Below, one piece after another: positions 1 through 9,920 of a stretch of 64,000 nucleotides of DNA. The stretch is taken from IMG/VR virus record IMGVR_UViG_3300035208_007155, positions 1 to 64,000 of that record, one strand, 5' to 3'. Position 1 is the first letter of the stretch; each line of letters starts with the position of its first letter. The DNA comes from a virus. Lineage: Duplodnaviria; Caudoviricetes. The position numbers were made by a program, and so were the translations under genes. The notes below the pieces were generated by a model. That model was not told the DNA's origin and did no database searches. It worked only from the letters and a program-made list of their open reading frames with translations.

Positions 1-1
1 T

Positions 2-153
2 TCTGGCATTAGTGGGTACTCGGGTTACTCAGGCTCAGGCATTAGTGGATACTCTGGATCGGGCATCAGTGGCTACAGTGGTTATTCAGGGAAAAGTGGA
101 TACTCTGGAATTAGTGGATACTCTGGAATTAGTGGATACTCTGGAACTAGTGG
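2..153 (+). repeat. SGY/SGI/SGK coding repeat block 1
   Basis: Degenerate 9-bp periodic repeat giving Gly at about every third residue. Confidence 0.85.
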
Positions 154-3100
154 AACTCCTGATGGTTTTTATTATCGTTGGAATGGCACTATAATTGATG
201 ACCCTGCCCAAGGTGAAATTTCTGCAAATAGCAGTAATTTAGACGGTTCCACTGACACACTTTACATGTGTAATACGGATGAATATGGAGGGGTTTTTGA
301 CCTAACCTTAGCAAGTTCACCAGGAGATTTAATATGTATCAGAGATTTGCAAACCAAATATTCATATTTTATAGCAACAATAAATTCATTTGAAGAATAC
401 TCAGCAGGCATAACTGCATTTTATGTAACTCCAACTTTATATTTTGGCACATTTACCAGTAGTGATTATTTGCAAATTGTGTTTCAAAAGAGAGGCGTTA
501 GCGGATACTCAGGCGTTAGCGGATACTCAGGCAGAAGCGGATATTCTGGATATTCTGGATACTCAGGGAAAAGCGGATACTCAGGCATTAGTGGTTACTC
601 AGGCTCAGGCATCAGTGGTTACAGTGGTTACTCAGGCAAGAGTGGATATTCAGGTTACTCTGGCTCAGGCGTCAGTGGTTACAGTGGCTACTCTGGCTCT
701 GGTGTCAGTGGTTACAGTGGCTACTCTGGCATCAGCGGATATTCAGGATCAGGTGTCAGTGGGTACAGTGGTTACTCAGGATATTCTGTAGATTCATTAC
801 ATTGGTCAGGATATACCATTTATACTGGCGAGGGGAACATAGGTGTAAAAAACACAGATGTTGTCAGAGCAGGATCATTATACAATGCTGAGGCGGGAAC
901 GAGTAATTGGAGTCTTCCTACCAGCGTAACTAGAGATGGTTTAAATGTGGGGCATACATGGAGGGTTAGACAAGCTGGAACTTTACTAGGCATAAAATTA
1001 TATGTAGACAGCATTACAGACATTACAAGCTTCCAAGCAACAGTATGGAGAAAAGATGGAACAACTTATGACCAAATAGGAGTAAGTGACAACTTTATTG
1101 GAAGTATAGTAGCTAATTCAATTAATGATATAACATTTGTCACACCAATACCAAACGTAGAAGAAGGAGATTATGTAGGATGGAGAGTCACAAATGCAGG
1201 AGGCACGTCGTGCTCTATGTTTTATGCCAAATCCGGCTATTCCAATGTGATAAGTTATTATATCAATGGAGTTGCATCTTTTGCAAATGTTGACATAGAA
1301 GGAACTTGGTCACAATTAAGTGGTGGCTATGCTGTTCCTATAGAATATTATATGTCTGCACCGTATTTTGTTGGAATAGGCGATTCCATAATGTCGGGAG
1401 CCCCAGATCATGGTTCTTATGTTCAAACCAGTTCTACTACAAACAATCCGCCCGCTTCTATTCAATGGCAAATAGGACGAAGGCTGGGATGGAACTACCA
1501 AAATGCCGGTGTCGGCTCGGCATACACATCAGGCATTCTTAGTAATTTCACGCCCTATGTTGTGAATTTGCACCCACGAATTGCCGTCATTGAAGGTGGT
1601 GTAAATGACATAGCTACAGGTGTTCTTCCTGCTACAACATTGGCTAATTGGGAAGATATTTTAGACTTATGTTCAGCCAACAATATTCATCCTGTTGTAA
1701 TATTGATTATGCCTTGGTCGAATGGCACAAACACACAAATGCAGACCAGGGATTCTATAAACAGTAGTCTCAGGACACTTGCAGAAGGATACAATGCAAC
1801 AATAGTAGATACTGGCCCTTATGTCGGTGTATTTAGGGTTGGTGGTGATGCTGACAATTTATGGGACATAAGAGACGAATACGATTCTGACGGCGTGCAT
1901 TTTACTGCTGCTGGCAAACGAAGAATTGCCGAAGCTGTCATGGATGCATTGCAAGGAGTAAGAGCTTTTGGAAGTGTTGTTTCTGGCTCTTTAGATTGCG
2001 GAGGAGATATTAGAATAGATGGAAATTCTATACATCAAATCGAAGCAGGAAGAATAAGTGTTGTAGAATCTGCTGGAAATGACTTTTATATCAAAGCAGG
2101 TGGAGCTTCGCTTTTAGGCACAAACAGAAATGGTGGCAATCTCTATATTTGCTCTGGAACATCTACTGGCACTGGTTCTGCAAATGTGTATATTCAAGCA
2201 ACGACCGCAGGTAGTTCTGGTTCTGTGGATAATTATGCTGGCACGGTTGCAACATTTAGTCTAAGTGGATTATTGCTGCCAAGTTTAACATCTGGTCGTA
2301 TTCCGCTTATCACAACAAGTGGGTTACTAACCGATAGTGCCTCATTAAATTATGTTACATCGGTCACTGGCGGATTGACGATGGGGGCAGGAATAGGTAA
2401 AACATTCTCAGATCATGGAGGCTATGTTAATGCACTCGACCTTCAAGGCGGAATTTGTATCACAAGAAACAATGACGCTCTTTTAACATATTTGTTTGCT
2501 TCTTTTGATACAACTGGAAACATAGTCGGCAATATTTCAACAGAGACAGCGGCAAATCTAAATTCATTAGTTTATAGAGTATTGACTAATAGCTCTACCC
2601 ATAGGTTTTATTCTAAAACGGCAGCAGGCGTTGAAAAATTATCTTACATAGCGGCTGAAGTAGCAGAGTTTTGTAAAATTCTAAAAGTATATGATTCTGG
2701 AACAAACAATTATATCCGATTATGCGACGATGGCACCAATGGTTATTTAGAGTGTTATACAGGTGCTGGTGCTGTTCATCCAATGATACAAAGTGGATCA
2801 ACAATCACTTGGAAAGTTAGTGCCTCTGGATCGTGGGAAAGCCAACTTGTATTAACAAATGGAGTGCTACAACCAGCAGCAAACAATGACCTTGATCTTG
2901 GTGATACAACACATGTTTATAAAAATGCCTATATTAACAACTATTATGCTGGCACAACCGCTGGCGTTGATATGGTGTCTGGAACTCCAAAAGCAGTTAC
3001 AGTCTCAAAAGGTATTATAACCGCAGCAACATCTGTTACGCCTGTTGGAGATGCTACTTATACAGTGGGCAAAGGAAGCACACAAGATGGAACAATTACC

Positions 3101-4015
3101 ACCTCAGGTGGAATTGTTACAGCCGTTCAAGAAGCATCAGGCTCTAGCGTCAGTGGTTATAGCGGATACTCAGGCATCAGTGGTTACAGTGGCTCTGGAA
3201 TTAGTGGATATTCTGGATACTCGGGGAAAAGCGGATACTCAGGTATCAGTGGTTATAGTGGAATTAGTGGATATTCTGGTTCTGGTGTCAGTGGTTATAG
3301 TGGATATTCTGGTTCTGGTGTCAGTGGTTATAGTGGATATTCTGGTTCTGGTGTCAGTGGTTATAGTGGCTCTGGAATTAGTGGATATTCTGGATACTCG
3401 GGGAAAAGCGGATACTCAGGCATTAGTGGTTATAGTGGAATTAGTGGATACTCGGGAATTAGTGGATACTCGGGAATTAGTGGGTACTCGGGGAAAAGCG
3501 GATACTCAGGCTCAGGTGTCAGTGGGTACAGTGGTTACTCGGGGAAAAGCGGGTATTCGGGAATAAGCGGATATTCAGGAGGATTGAACCTTACTGTTAA
3601 TATGTCGCTTGCCGACCGTACAGTAAGTGGTGTTCTCATTCGATTAGTGGCCAATGAAGATCAAAACTTCGGGGATGCTTGTTATATCAATCTTTCAGGT
3701 GAAGCTCAAATAGCAGATGCAAGTTTAATAGCTACCGCAAATGTTTTTGTTATGTTGGCAGATACGGACGTTTATGAAGGCGACACAGGTAATTATTTAT
3801 TGTGGGGAATTCTTCGTGATGATTCTTGGAATTGGACCGTTGGTGCCCCGACTGGTTTAATCTATCTATCACTAACAGGCACTACTGGCACGCCTACCAA
3901 TACTTTGACTCAAACAGCCCCATCTGGAACCAATGAAGTAATACAGGTTTTGGGAGTTGCTTTAACATCTCACATTATGTTGTTCAAAGAATTGACAACA
4001 GTAGAACACAATTAA
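2..4015 (+). CDS. Collagen-like (Ser-Gly-X) virion fibre protein with SGNH/GDSL esterase domain; 5'-truncated
   Basis: The frame of ORF 266..4015 is open back to nt 2 (SGISGYSGYSG...). Three SGY repeat blocks. SGNH motifs GDS, NAGVG, GGVND and DGVH. C-terminal domain resembles a cement/DUF2190-like trimer domain. Confidence 0.8.
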   Translation, partial: SGISGYSGYSGSGISGYSGSGISGYSGYSGKSGYSGISGYSGISGYSGTSGTPDGFYYRWNGTIIDDPAQGEISANSSNLDGSTDTLYMCNTDEYGGVFDLTLASSPGDLICIRDLQTKYSYFIATINSFEEYSAGITAFYVTPTLYFGTFTSSDYLQIVFQKRGVSGYSGVSGYSGRSGYSGYSGYSGKSGYSGISGYSGSGISGYSGYSGKSGYSGYSGSGVSGYSGYSGSGVSGYSGYSGISGYSGSGVSGYSGYSGYSVDSLHWSGYTIYTGEGNIGVKNTDVVRAGSLYNAEAGTSNWSLPTSVTRDGLNVGHTWRVRQAGTLLGIKLYVDSITDITSFQATVWRKDGTTYDQIGVSDNFIGSIVANSINDITFVTPIPNVEEGDYVGWRVTNAGGTSCSMFYAKSGYSNVISYYINGVASFANVDIEGTWSQLSGGYAVPIEYYMSAPYFVGIGDSIMSGAPDHGSYVQTSSTTNNPPASIQWQIGRRLGWNYQNAGVGSAYTSGILSNFTPYVVNLHPRIAVIEGGVNDIATGVLPATTLANWEDILDLCSANNIHPVVILIMPWSNGTNTQMQTRDSINSSLRTLAEGYNATIVDTGPYVGVFRVGGDADNLWDIRDEYDSDGVHFTAAGKRRIAEAVMDALQGVRAFGSVVSGSLDCGGDIRIDGNSIHQIEAGRISVVESAGNDFYIKAGGASLLGTNRNGGNLYICSGTSTGTGSANVYIQATTAGSSGSVDNYAGTVATFSLSGLLLPSLTSGRIPLITTSGLLTDSASLNYVTSVTGGLTMGAGIGKTFSDHGGYVNALDLQGGICITRNNDALLTYLFASFDTTGNIVGNISTETAANLNSLVYRVLTNSSTHRFYSKTAAGVEKLSYIAAEVAEFCKILKVYDSGTNNYIRLCDDGTNGYLECYTGAGAVHPMIQSGSTITWKVSASGSWESQLVLTNGVLQPAANNDLDLGDTTHVYKNAYINNYYAGTTAGVDMVSGTPKAVTVSKGIITAATSVTPVGDATYTVGKGSTQDGTITTSGGIVTAVQEASGSSVSGYSGYSGISGYSGSGISGYSGYSGKSGYSGISGYSGISGYSGSGVSGYSGYSGSGVSGYSGYSGSGVSGYSGSGISGYSGYSGKSGYSGISGYSGISGYSGISGYSGISGYSGKSGYSGSGVSGYSGYSGKSGYSGISGYSGGLNLTVNMSLADRTVSGVLIRLVANEDQNFGDACYINLSGEAQIADASLIATANVFVMLADTDVYEGDTGNYLLWGILRDDSWNWTVGAPTGLIYLSLTGTTGTPTNTLTQTAPSGTNEVIQVLGVALTSHIMLFKELTTVEHN
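493..787 (+). repeat. SGY coding repeat block 2
   Basis: GVSGYSGVSGYSGRSGY... in the translation. Confidence 0.85.
3139..3580 (+). repeat. SGY coding repeat block 3
   Basis: About 145 aa of SGY/SGI/SGK triplets. Confidence 0.85.
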
Positions 4016-4017
4016 AG

Positions 4018-4665
4018 TTACACGTATGGGACACGTTGCACTTTTGATATGTGTTGAATTCCCGTTAAATCACCATCTACTCTGTTCACCCTCAATATAA
4101 TTGGCGTAGTTTGTCTATTGACTTTAATATGAGCAGTAGTGGAATCGTACCAACTGGAACTGGAACTGGAACTGGAACTGGAACTGGAACTGGAACTGGA
4201 ACTGGATGCTTTTGATAACGATGATAACGATGATAACGATGACGATGATTTTGATGACGACGAAGAATACGATACCTTTGATGGTAACGATGATAACGAT
4301 GACGATGATGACGTTGACGATGTTTTTGATGACGACGATGATGATGATTTTGATGACGACGATGATGGAAGGCCGCTACTGCCCGAAGAGGGCTTAAAGA
4401 AGCCAGCAGTGTAGATAAGAGGCATCGATTTAAGCCAGAGACGATACCGATATTCATCCAAAACGCTGCCAGAGTTAGTTGTTGGTGCGTTTTGCAGCCA
4501 AAGGCTAAGTAAGTTTGAAGAGCTTGAAGACGAGCTTGAAGAACTTAAAGACGAAGAGCTTGAAGAGCCTGAAGACGAAGAGCTTGAAGACAAATAGCTT
4601 AAAGACAAATAGCTTAAAGACGAAGAGCTTGAAGACGAAGATGAGCTAAGAAATACATTTGCCAT
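4018..4665 (-). CDS. Poly-serine low-complexity protein (putative virion protein)
   Basis: Roughly half Ser in long tracts, with unique spacer and C-terminal segments. CTATATAA motif just upstream of the ATG. Fills the gap between flanking genes. Confidence 0.65.
   Translation of the reverse strand: MANVFLSSSSSSSSSSLSYLSLSYLSSSSSSSGSSSSSSLSSSSSSSSSSNLLSLWLQNAPTTNSGSVLDEYRYRLWLKSMPLIYTAGFFKPSSGSSGLPSSSSSKSSSSSSSKTSSTSSSSSLSSLPSKVSYSSSSSKSSSSLSSLSSLSKASSSSSSSSSSSSSSSSSSWYDSTTAHIKVNRQTTPIILRVNRVDGDLTGIQHISKVQRVPYV
4152..4206. repeat. (AACTGG)9 perfect hexamer repeat
   Basis: Directly visible; encodes Ser-Ser on the minus strand. Confidence 0.9.
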
Positions 4666-4668
4666 ACT

Positions 4669-4676
4669 TTATATAG
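4669..4676 (-). promoter_or_regulatory. Putative late promoter CTATATAA
   Basis: Recurrent motif, 3 nt upstream of the ATG at 4665. Confidence 0.55.
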
Positions 4677-4681
4677 TCAGC

Positions 4682-5146
4682 CTACTCACAACATATGGCA
4701 GCTAATGCTAATGCTATATTCTCTGGTGATACAAAGGATTCTTCTGTGAATTCAACTGATTCCCAAATACCAAACTGATCTGTCCTGAGGTATTTTCGAT
4801 CTTTTAGCAAATTAATGTTTTGAGGATATCCATAAATGAGAGGATCAGATTGCCCAAAAACAACAACCCCTCTTTTGCCAAGATATGTGGCATAGTGTTG
4901 AATAAAATTGTCTATAGATATAAAACCGTCACACTCCAGAATAACTTTAGCCAATTCCTTAAATGACAGATTAGTTTTTACTTCTTTGGTTGGCAAAATT
5001 TCGTTTTCATCAGTTCTGACCTGGACGGTTTCTATGTTTTTAAGATGCAACAATTCTATTAATTTTTTGGAATAAGGATAGTTTTTGGGATTTATTCCTT
5101 CCTTATCTCTTAGTTTCCGACTGGCGAGCGATAATAAAATTTTCAT
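4682..5146 (-). CDS. Glycosyltransferase family 9-like C-terminal half
   Basis: KNYPY...LSFKELAKVILECDGFISIDNFIQHYA...GVVVFGQSDP. Start placed at the ATGA overlap with the upstream stop. Confidence 0.75.
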   Translation of the reverse strand: MKILLSLASRKLRDKEGINPKNYPYSKKLIELLHLKNIETVQVRTDENEILPTKEVKTNLSFKELAKVILECDGFISIDNFIQHYATYLGKRGVVVFGQSDPLIYGYPQNINLLKDRKYLRTDQFGIWESVEFTEESFVSPENIALALAAICCE

Positions 5147-7893
5147 CGATATAACTCCAAAAAAGCCCCAGATAAATGACTTTTCCACCCCACATCTATG
5201 CAGAATTTGTATATATTAAAATCATCATAATTCAATCCTTTTCTTTTACACATTTCTTTTCCATCGGCAATACTTATAAGTTGCAGACCCTCATCAGCAA
5301 AAAGCTCGGGGAAAACTACTGACAAAACTAATTCCTTATCTGCAAATCTCTTTTTTATTTGTGGCAAAACAGACTTAAACATCACATGGTCTCCCATGCC
5401 ATTGTCCAATATAATCAGTTTTGTTTCTTTGGGTTTTAAATCCCATTCTTTAAGTTTCTTTTGAAATACTTGTTCGTCATGATCCCAATATTCTGGATGG
5501 GGCTGATGAGTTCTTATGCCGCCATCTGATTGTCTAACGTGCCATGTTAGTGCCTTGGGATTAATGATGATTTTCCAACCATTGCGATACATTTGATATG
5601 TAAACATTGTTTCTTCACGATGCCCAGCAGGTGATAAATCCATACAATAACCATGTGTGGCTGCTTCTTTTTTAAACAGGAATGTGCTATAAAGATGCTG
5701 GGCTTCTGTAGGATTGACGGATTCGTGAAGGAACCATTGTGTGTTCACTTCTAGATTTTCTATCGTGGGCTTTAATCCAGGTGGTAATTTTTGTATTCTG
5801 TTTGGGTCGATTACCAAACCACCAACAGCACCTACTTTTGGACCATCACATGCTAACAAATTTTCTAAAACAGTTGGCGTAGCAAATGTATCATCATCCA
5901 GTCGCCAAATCCATTTAGTTTTTGCTATTTCTATCGCTTTTTGGTGATTGGCCACTTGTCCTTTTCTTTGCCCAAAAACAACCTCCCATTTAATGTTATA
6001 AAAATCCAGCATCCTAAATAAGCCATTATACAAATCATTTGGCCTTAGATCGATGTGCTCGCCATCCATAAACAAAATAAATTTCTCAGGTTTAACAGTT
6101 TGTTGAATAACTGAGAAAATAGTGCTTGGCAAAGTAGTGAAATAACGATCTCTGCTGCTAACATGAGCGGTTACTGATGCTTGTCGTGGTTCTTGATTCA
6201 TTCTTGGTTTTTCTGTTCGTGTAAATTTTATAATCTTAGTGTCTGCCGGATTACTTGGAACAAAAGTGCTGCCCCCATTTTGGTCACAATACCATACTCC
6301 ATAGGCTATTCCTGGCGGGATTGGCTCCTTCTCTCTCTCTTCTGATGTGAACCCCGCATTTTTTACAAAATCTTCAAACATATCGTAATTAAAATCTTTA
6401 TTCGAATGCATTCCATTATGAATTTCTGAATAAATGTATTTAAATTTTCTCAAATTCCTCTCAGTGCAATTAAGTATTATGTCGTATTCCGATCCTTCAC
6501 AATCCATTTTAAGTACCAAGTCTTCTTCCTCAGATAAATTTAAATCATTTAATAAATTATCAAAAGAAATACAATTAACTATATCTCCTACTCCTACCTC
6601 ATGCGTCTGGCATAGGACATCTTCCATTACTGCATGAGCTTGTTTTAATCCTGGCCTTGATACTGCCAAATTGATCGGAATAATTTTATTCGGAAATGTT
6701 GTGATGTTTTTTAACAATGTTTGATAAGTTTTTTTGTTTGGCTCAATACAATAACATTTTTTTGCTCCATTGAGCACACTAAAAACAGAAAACAATCCTT
6801 TGTTTGCACCAATGTCAATTACGATTTTATTGCTTATTTCCTCTTGCAAAGCTCCATAAATATTTAAGTTGAATATTTCATTAAAAACAAAACTATCTTG
6901 TTGTTGAAGACTTTCTAATAATTCTGTTTTTGCTTTATAAGCTTCTATTTTCAAGTTTTCAAATTTTATATTTGTAAAACCCATAGTGTTGAGAGTGTTT
7001 TGTAGGGTTTCTGTGCCCGACTCAACTGTAATTTTGCCGCCTGGAACAAGCACTCGATACCATTCTTTTACAATACTTGTGCAATCTTCTAGCACAACTT
7101 CAGTTGTGATTTCTTCGACCTTATTATCATCAATGGGAATTTTATCATCAACACACATTAAATCTGAATCACCTATGTTGAAAAACCCTGGAATTTTCTG
7201 TTTGCCTTGATTTAATTTAATGTGTTTGTGATATCTGTTCATCAAAACAAATCGATTGGTGGATAAATTTTGCCCCTCATAAGTTCCTTCTCCCTTGTGA
7301 AAAATTGGAAAATCCCCAATCATACAATTGCCCACAACAGGACCAGTTTCTACACCAATTTGTTTAAGTAAATACCCACTATCTTGTAACCTGATGCAAA
7401 AATCTGTATCCTCACCAAAACCAGGGTTAAAAATCTCGTCCAATATCCCAATTTCAGTAAATAGATTTTTTTTAATCATTACACAAAAGAATATAATGAA
7501 ATCTCTGTCCGCATAAGGACAATAATTTAAAAAAGGTCCGGTTGCCCCCATTTTGTCGTTTGTCAAAAACGGTTCTTTTAAACGTCTGATCCACTCATCT
7601 TTAGAGCTTTCTAGTAATATGGTATCATTATTTAACAAAATAACATATTCGCCCACAGAAGCTTTGATGCCAACATTGGTGGATTTTGTATACCCAAATG
7701 GCTCATCAATCCATATAAGATTAAAATGATCTCCCAAACTCTGCACATATTCTTTGGTGTCATCCGTGCAACCATTCGCAACTACAATCACCTCCTTGTC
7801 AGATAAATCCGTGTATTTTATAATGCTGTCTAAACAAGGCTTTAGAAGATCAGAACAGTGATTATAAGTAGGGATTACTATAGAGATTTCCAT
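5143..7893 (-). CDS. Multidomain glycan enzyme: GT2 + SAM methyltransferase fragment + FkbM methyltransferase + GT2 + GT9 N-terminal half
   Basis: ISIVIPTYN...LLNND...GEDTD; EWYRVLVPGG; IDIGANKG...KMDCEGSEY; WRLDDD; LDNGMGDHVM. Confidence 0.85.
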   Translation of the reverse strand: MEISIVIPTYNHCSDLLKPCLDSIIKYTDLSDKEVIVVANGCTDDTKEYVQSLGDHFNLIWIDEPFGYTKSTNVGIKASVGEYVILLNNDTILLESSKDEWIRRLKEPFLTNDKMGATGPFLNYCPYADRDFIIFFCVMIKKNLFTEIGILDEIFNPGFGEDTDFCIRLQDSGYLLKQIGVETGPVVGNCMIGDFPIFHKGEGTYEGQNLSTNRFVLMNRYHKHIKLNQGKQKIPGFFNIGDSDLMCVDDKIPIDDNKVEEITTEVVLEDCTSIVKEWYRVLVPGGKITVESGTETLQNTLNTMGFTNIKFENLKIEAYKAKTELLESLQQQDSFVFNEIFNLNIYGALQEEISNKIVIDIGANKGLFSVFSVLNGAKKCYCIEPNKKTYQTLLKNITTFPNKIIPINLAVSRPGLKQAHAVMEDVLCQTHEVGVGDIVNCISFDNLLNDLNLSEEEDLVLKMDCEGSEYDIILNCTERNLRKFKYIYSEIHNGMHSNKDFNYDMFEDFVKNAGFTSEEREKEPIPPGIAYGVWYCDQNGGSTFVPSNPADTKIIKFTRTEKPRMNQEPRQASVTAHVSSRDRYFTTLPSTIFSVIQQTVKPEKFILFMDGEHIDLRPNDLYNGLFRMLDFYNIKWEVVFGQRKGQVANHQKAIEIAKTKWIWRLDDDTFATPTVLENLLACDGPKVGAVGGLVIDPNRIQKLPPGLKPTIENLEVNTQWFLHESVNPTEAQHLYSTFLFKKEAATHGYCMDLSPAGHREETMFTYQMYRNGWKIIINPKALTWHVRQSDGGIRTHQPHPEYWDHDEQVFQKKLKEWDLKPKETKLIILDNGMGDHVMFKSVLPQIKKRFADKELVLSVVFPELFADEGLQLISIADGKEMCKRKGLNYDDFNIYKFCIDVGWKSHLSGAFLELYR

Positions 7894-7906
7894 AAACTAT
7901 CAGAGT

Positions 7907-8170
7907 TTATGGTCGTTGGTTTCTCAATTCCCCATCCATATTTTCGCCTATAGTATTGGCTGCCCTATCTAACATTTCAGATGCCATCAATATTTGATTT
8001 CTATAATCCTTCCACTTACTATTGGGAATATGAATAAAATTACTGCGTATGTGCCGAGCTAATGTACGAATTTGTACCTCTGCTCCAGAAATTGTGTGAG
8101 GATCAAGCGGGGGTCCATCAATTGATTGTTGGTATGTTACCTGCTCATTCCACTCTTTGAAAGTTTTCAT
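7907..8170 (-). CDS. Small protein with capsid-targeting-like N-terminus (MKTFKEWNE)
   Basis: Start moved to the ATG at 8170, which removes the overlap with the divergent gene. ATATATAG motif upstream. Confidence 0.6.
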   Translation of the reverse strand: MKTFKEWNEQVTYQQSIDGPPLDPHTISGAEVQIRTLARHIRSNFIHIPNSKWKDYRNQILMASEMLDRAANTIGENMDGELRNQRP

Positions 8171-8210
8171 AATTACACCCTTATATTCTATATATTCAGG
8201 GGTAAATAAA

Positions 8211-8549
8211 ATGAAAAAACTTATACCAATTCTGATGGTTATTTTGATGTTTTCTGCTTGCAATCCAATACAAAAAAAAGTTACCTGTAGTGAGTGTAAA
8301 GGAAAGGGAGAAGTAACCTATAACGCCACAGAACGAATGGCAATAGCCAAGTGTCAATTATATTTTGCCGCCCATGAACGTGAATGCGACAAATGCAAAA
8401 AACACTTGAAAGACGAATCATCACCAATATGCAGAAAAGCAACAAGGAAGATCGAATCTATTATGGAAGATGCCAAAAAACAACCACCACAAATTATTAC
8501 CGAACAATGTCCCATTTGTGGCGGTAGTGGCAAACTCATTGAGGAATAA
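8211..8549 (+). CDS. Putative lipoprotein with split DnaJ-type zinc finger
   Basis: Lipobox MKKLIPILMVILMFSA-C; CSECKGKG and CPICGGSG. Confidence 0.65.
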   Translation: MKKLIPILMVILMFSACNPIQKKVTCSECKGKGEVTYNATERMAIAKCQLYFAAHERECDKCKKHLKDESSPICRKATRKIESIMEDAKKQPPQIITEQCPICGGSGKLIEE

Positions 8550-8586
8550 AAAAAGCCCTGCTGATTTTACTCAACAGGGCTTTTCT
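8550..8586. terminator. Bidirectional intrinsic terminator
   Basis: AAAAGCCCTG...CAGGGCTTTT between convergent genes. Confidence 0.75.
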
Positions 8587-8606
8587 TTCTATGACACTTT
8601 TGGAGA

Positions 8607-9893
8607 TTAATTAAAGGTCATATAAAAAACCGCTTGTGCATCATCTGGTGTGCCTCTATTTGAACCTCTTCCCTCGGGCAATTTGAAAAATCCTTTATCA
8701 CCATAACTATCCCCCCACGAATTGCGAAGGATTAGATACCATTTTCCATCTTTTTGCTCAAGTCCCACGGCAGTAACGGCATGAGACCACCAATTGTACG
8801 TGACTGCCACTGACGAACCCAAAAGAACACAAGTGGCTGTTTCATCAAAAATATTACCAGACTCACCCAGGTCTACAGATTTGGCCAAAATCTTATGCTT
8901 GGAATAATCAGCAACACACTCTGGCTTCTTAGCATAACTGGATTTAATAGCAATATTGGGCCATAAATCTGCTCGTACTGCCCCCGTTTTTTCCATAAAA
9001 GCAACGGCATCTCCTGGCCAACCACCTTGATTACGATAGCCAGTAATAGGGCCACCCACACTTGCTGCACTAAGAATGTATGGCGATTGTCCTTGTATAT
9101 ATTTTACATTTCCACCAGCACATACAGCAGAATTGGCCCAACAGTAATTTGTTCCGTCTTGATCGTGACCTTCTACCTTTCCATAAATTAAAGGCATAAC
9201 TCCTGCGTTAGCTTTTTTCAACGCCTCTAATCGAGCAGGCCATTCCGATCTGGGAATTACCCTCACACCAACCGCAGCTAATGTAGTGGTTCCAGGTGCT
9301 TTGCCTAAAGGATATTTCTTTAGGTCTCTAGGCATACATGACAAAAATCTTTTCTCTCCTCCAAATTCAGCAACCTTATCAGGAGGATTAAATTTTGCCC
9401 ATTCCTCATCTGTAAAAACAGGTGGATTGGGCTCTTTGGCTGATGATACCGCTGGCATTGGCAGCTTAGCAAAATCAGACACAGTTTTTAATAGTGCGGT
9501 GAAATCCGCTGGCAATGGAACTACTAATTTCTTCTTGCCATTTGTTGCTACAACCGTGATGCCCTTAGCATCAGCAGGCACCATAGCTACCATTGTTTTC
9601 CATCTGTCAGGCAGGCTTTCAGCCCCCACTGACTTCGCAATAAGGCGATATGCGGGCAAGCCGTCTTCCGCCTTCTCACAGGAAGCATCCATCCAATCCC
9701 TAACTGTGCGGCTTGTCAATATTGCCACTTGGTCAGGGGTTAGGTCACGAACCACTTCTGGCGATGAGCCTGTGATTACAACATTCAACTTATTAACAGT
9801 TGGTTCCGGTGGTCCTGGTGGTGTCGGCTTAGGGCAACCCGCCAAGAGTAGCGATGCCAACAACAAACCAATTCCTAAGAATCTCAATTTCAT
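8607..9893 (-). CDS. Lipoprotein with papain-like (C1) cysteine peptidase domain
   Basis: LLAG-C lipobox and Pro-rich linker; catalytic motifs QDGTNYCW, SHAV and RNSWG. Confidence 0.85.
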   Translation of the reverse strand: MKLRFLGIGLLLASLLLAGCPKPTPPGPPEPTVNKLNVVITGSSPEVVRDLTPDQVAILTSRTVRDWMDASCEKAEDGLPAYRLIAKSVGAESLPDRWKTMVAMVPADAKGITVVATNGKKKLVVPLPADFTALLKTVSDFAKLPMPAVSSAKEPNPPVFTDEEWAKFNPPDKVAEFGGEKRFLSCMPRDLKKYPLGKAPGTTTLAAVGVRVIPRSEWPARLEALKKANAGVMPLIYGKVEGHDQDGTNYCWANSAVCAGGNVKYIQGQSPYILSAASVGGPITGYRNQGGWPGDAVAFMEKTGAVRADLWPNIAIKSSYAKKPECVADYSKHKILAKSVDLGESGNIFDETATCVLLGSSVAVTYNWWSHAVTAVGLEQKDGKWYLILRNSWGDSYGDKGFFKLPEGRGSNRGTPDDAQAVFYMTFN

Positions 9894-9920
9894 AAAAAGT
9901 CTCCTTTTTTTACCATCTAT

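Noticed and set aside
12-3566. Alternative-frame ORFs 12..194, 444..791 and 3045..3566
   Set aside because: Off-frame readings of the SGY repeats.
4139-4414. Plus-strand LE/poly-Asp ORF (possible DNA mimic)
   Set aside because: It is the antisense shadow of the poly-Ser codons. The minus-strand ORF is longer, fills the gap and has an upstream promoter motif. Not strictly excluded.
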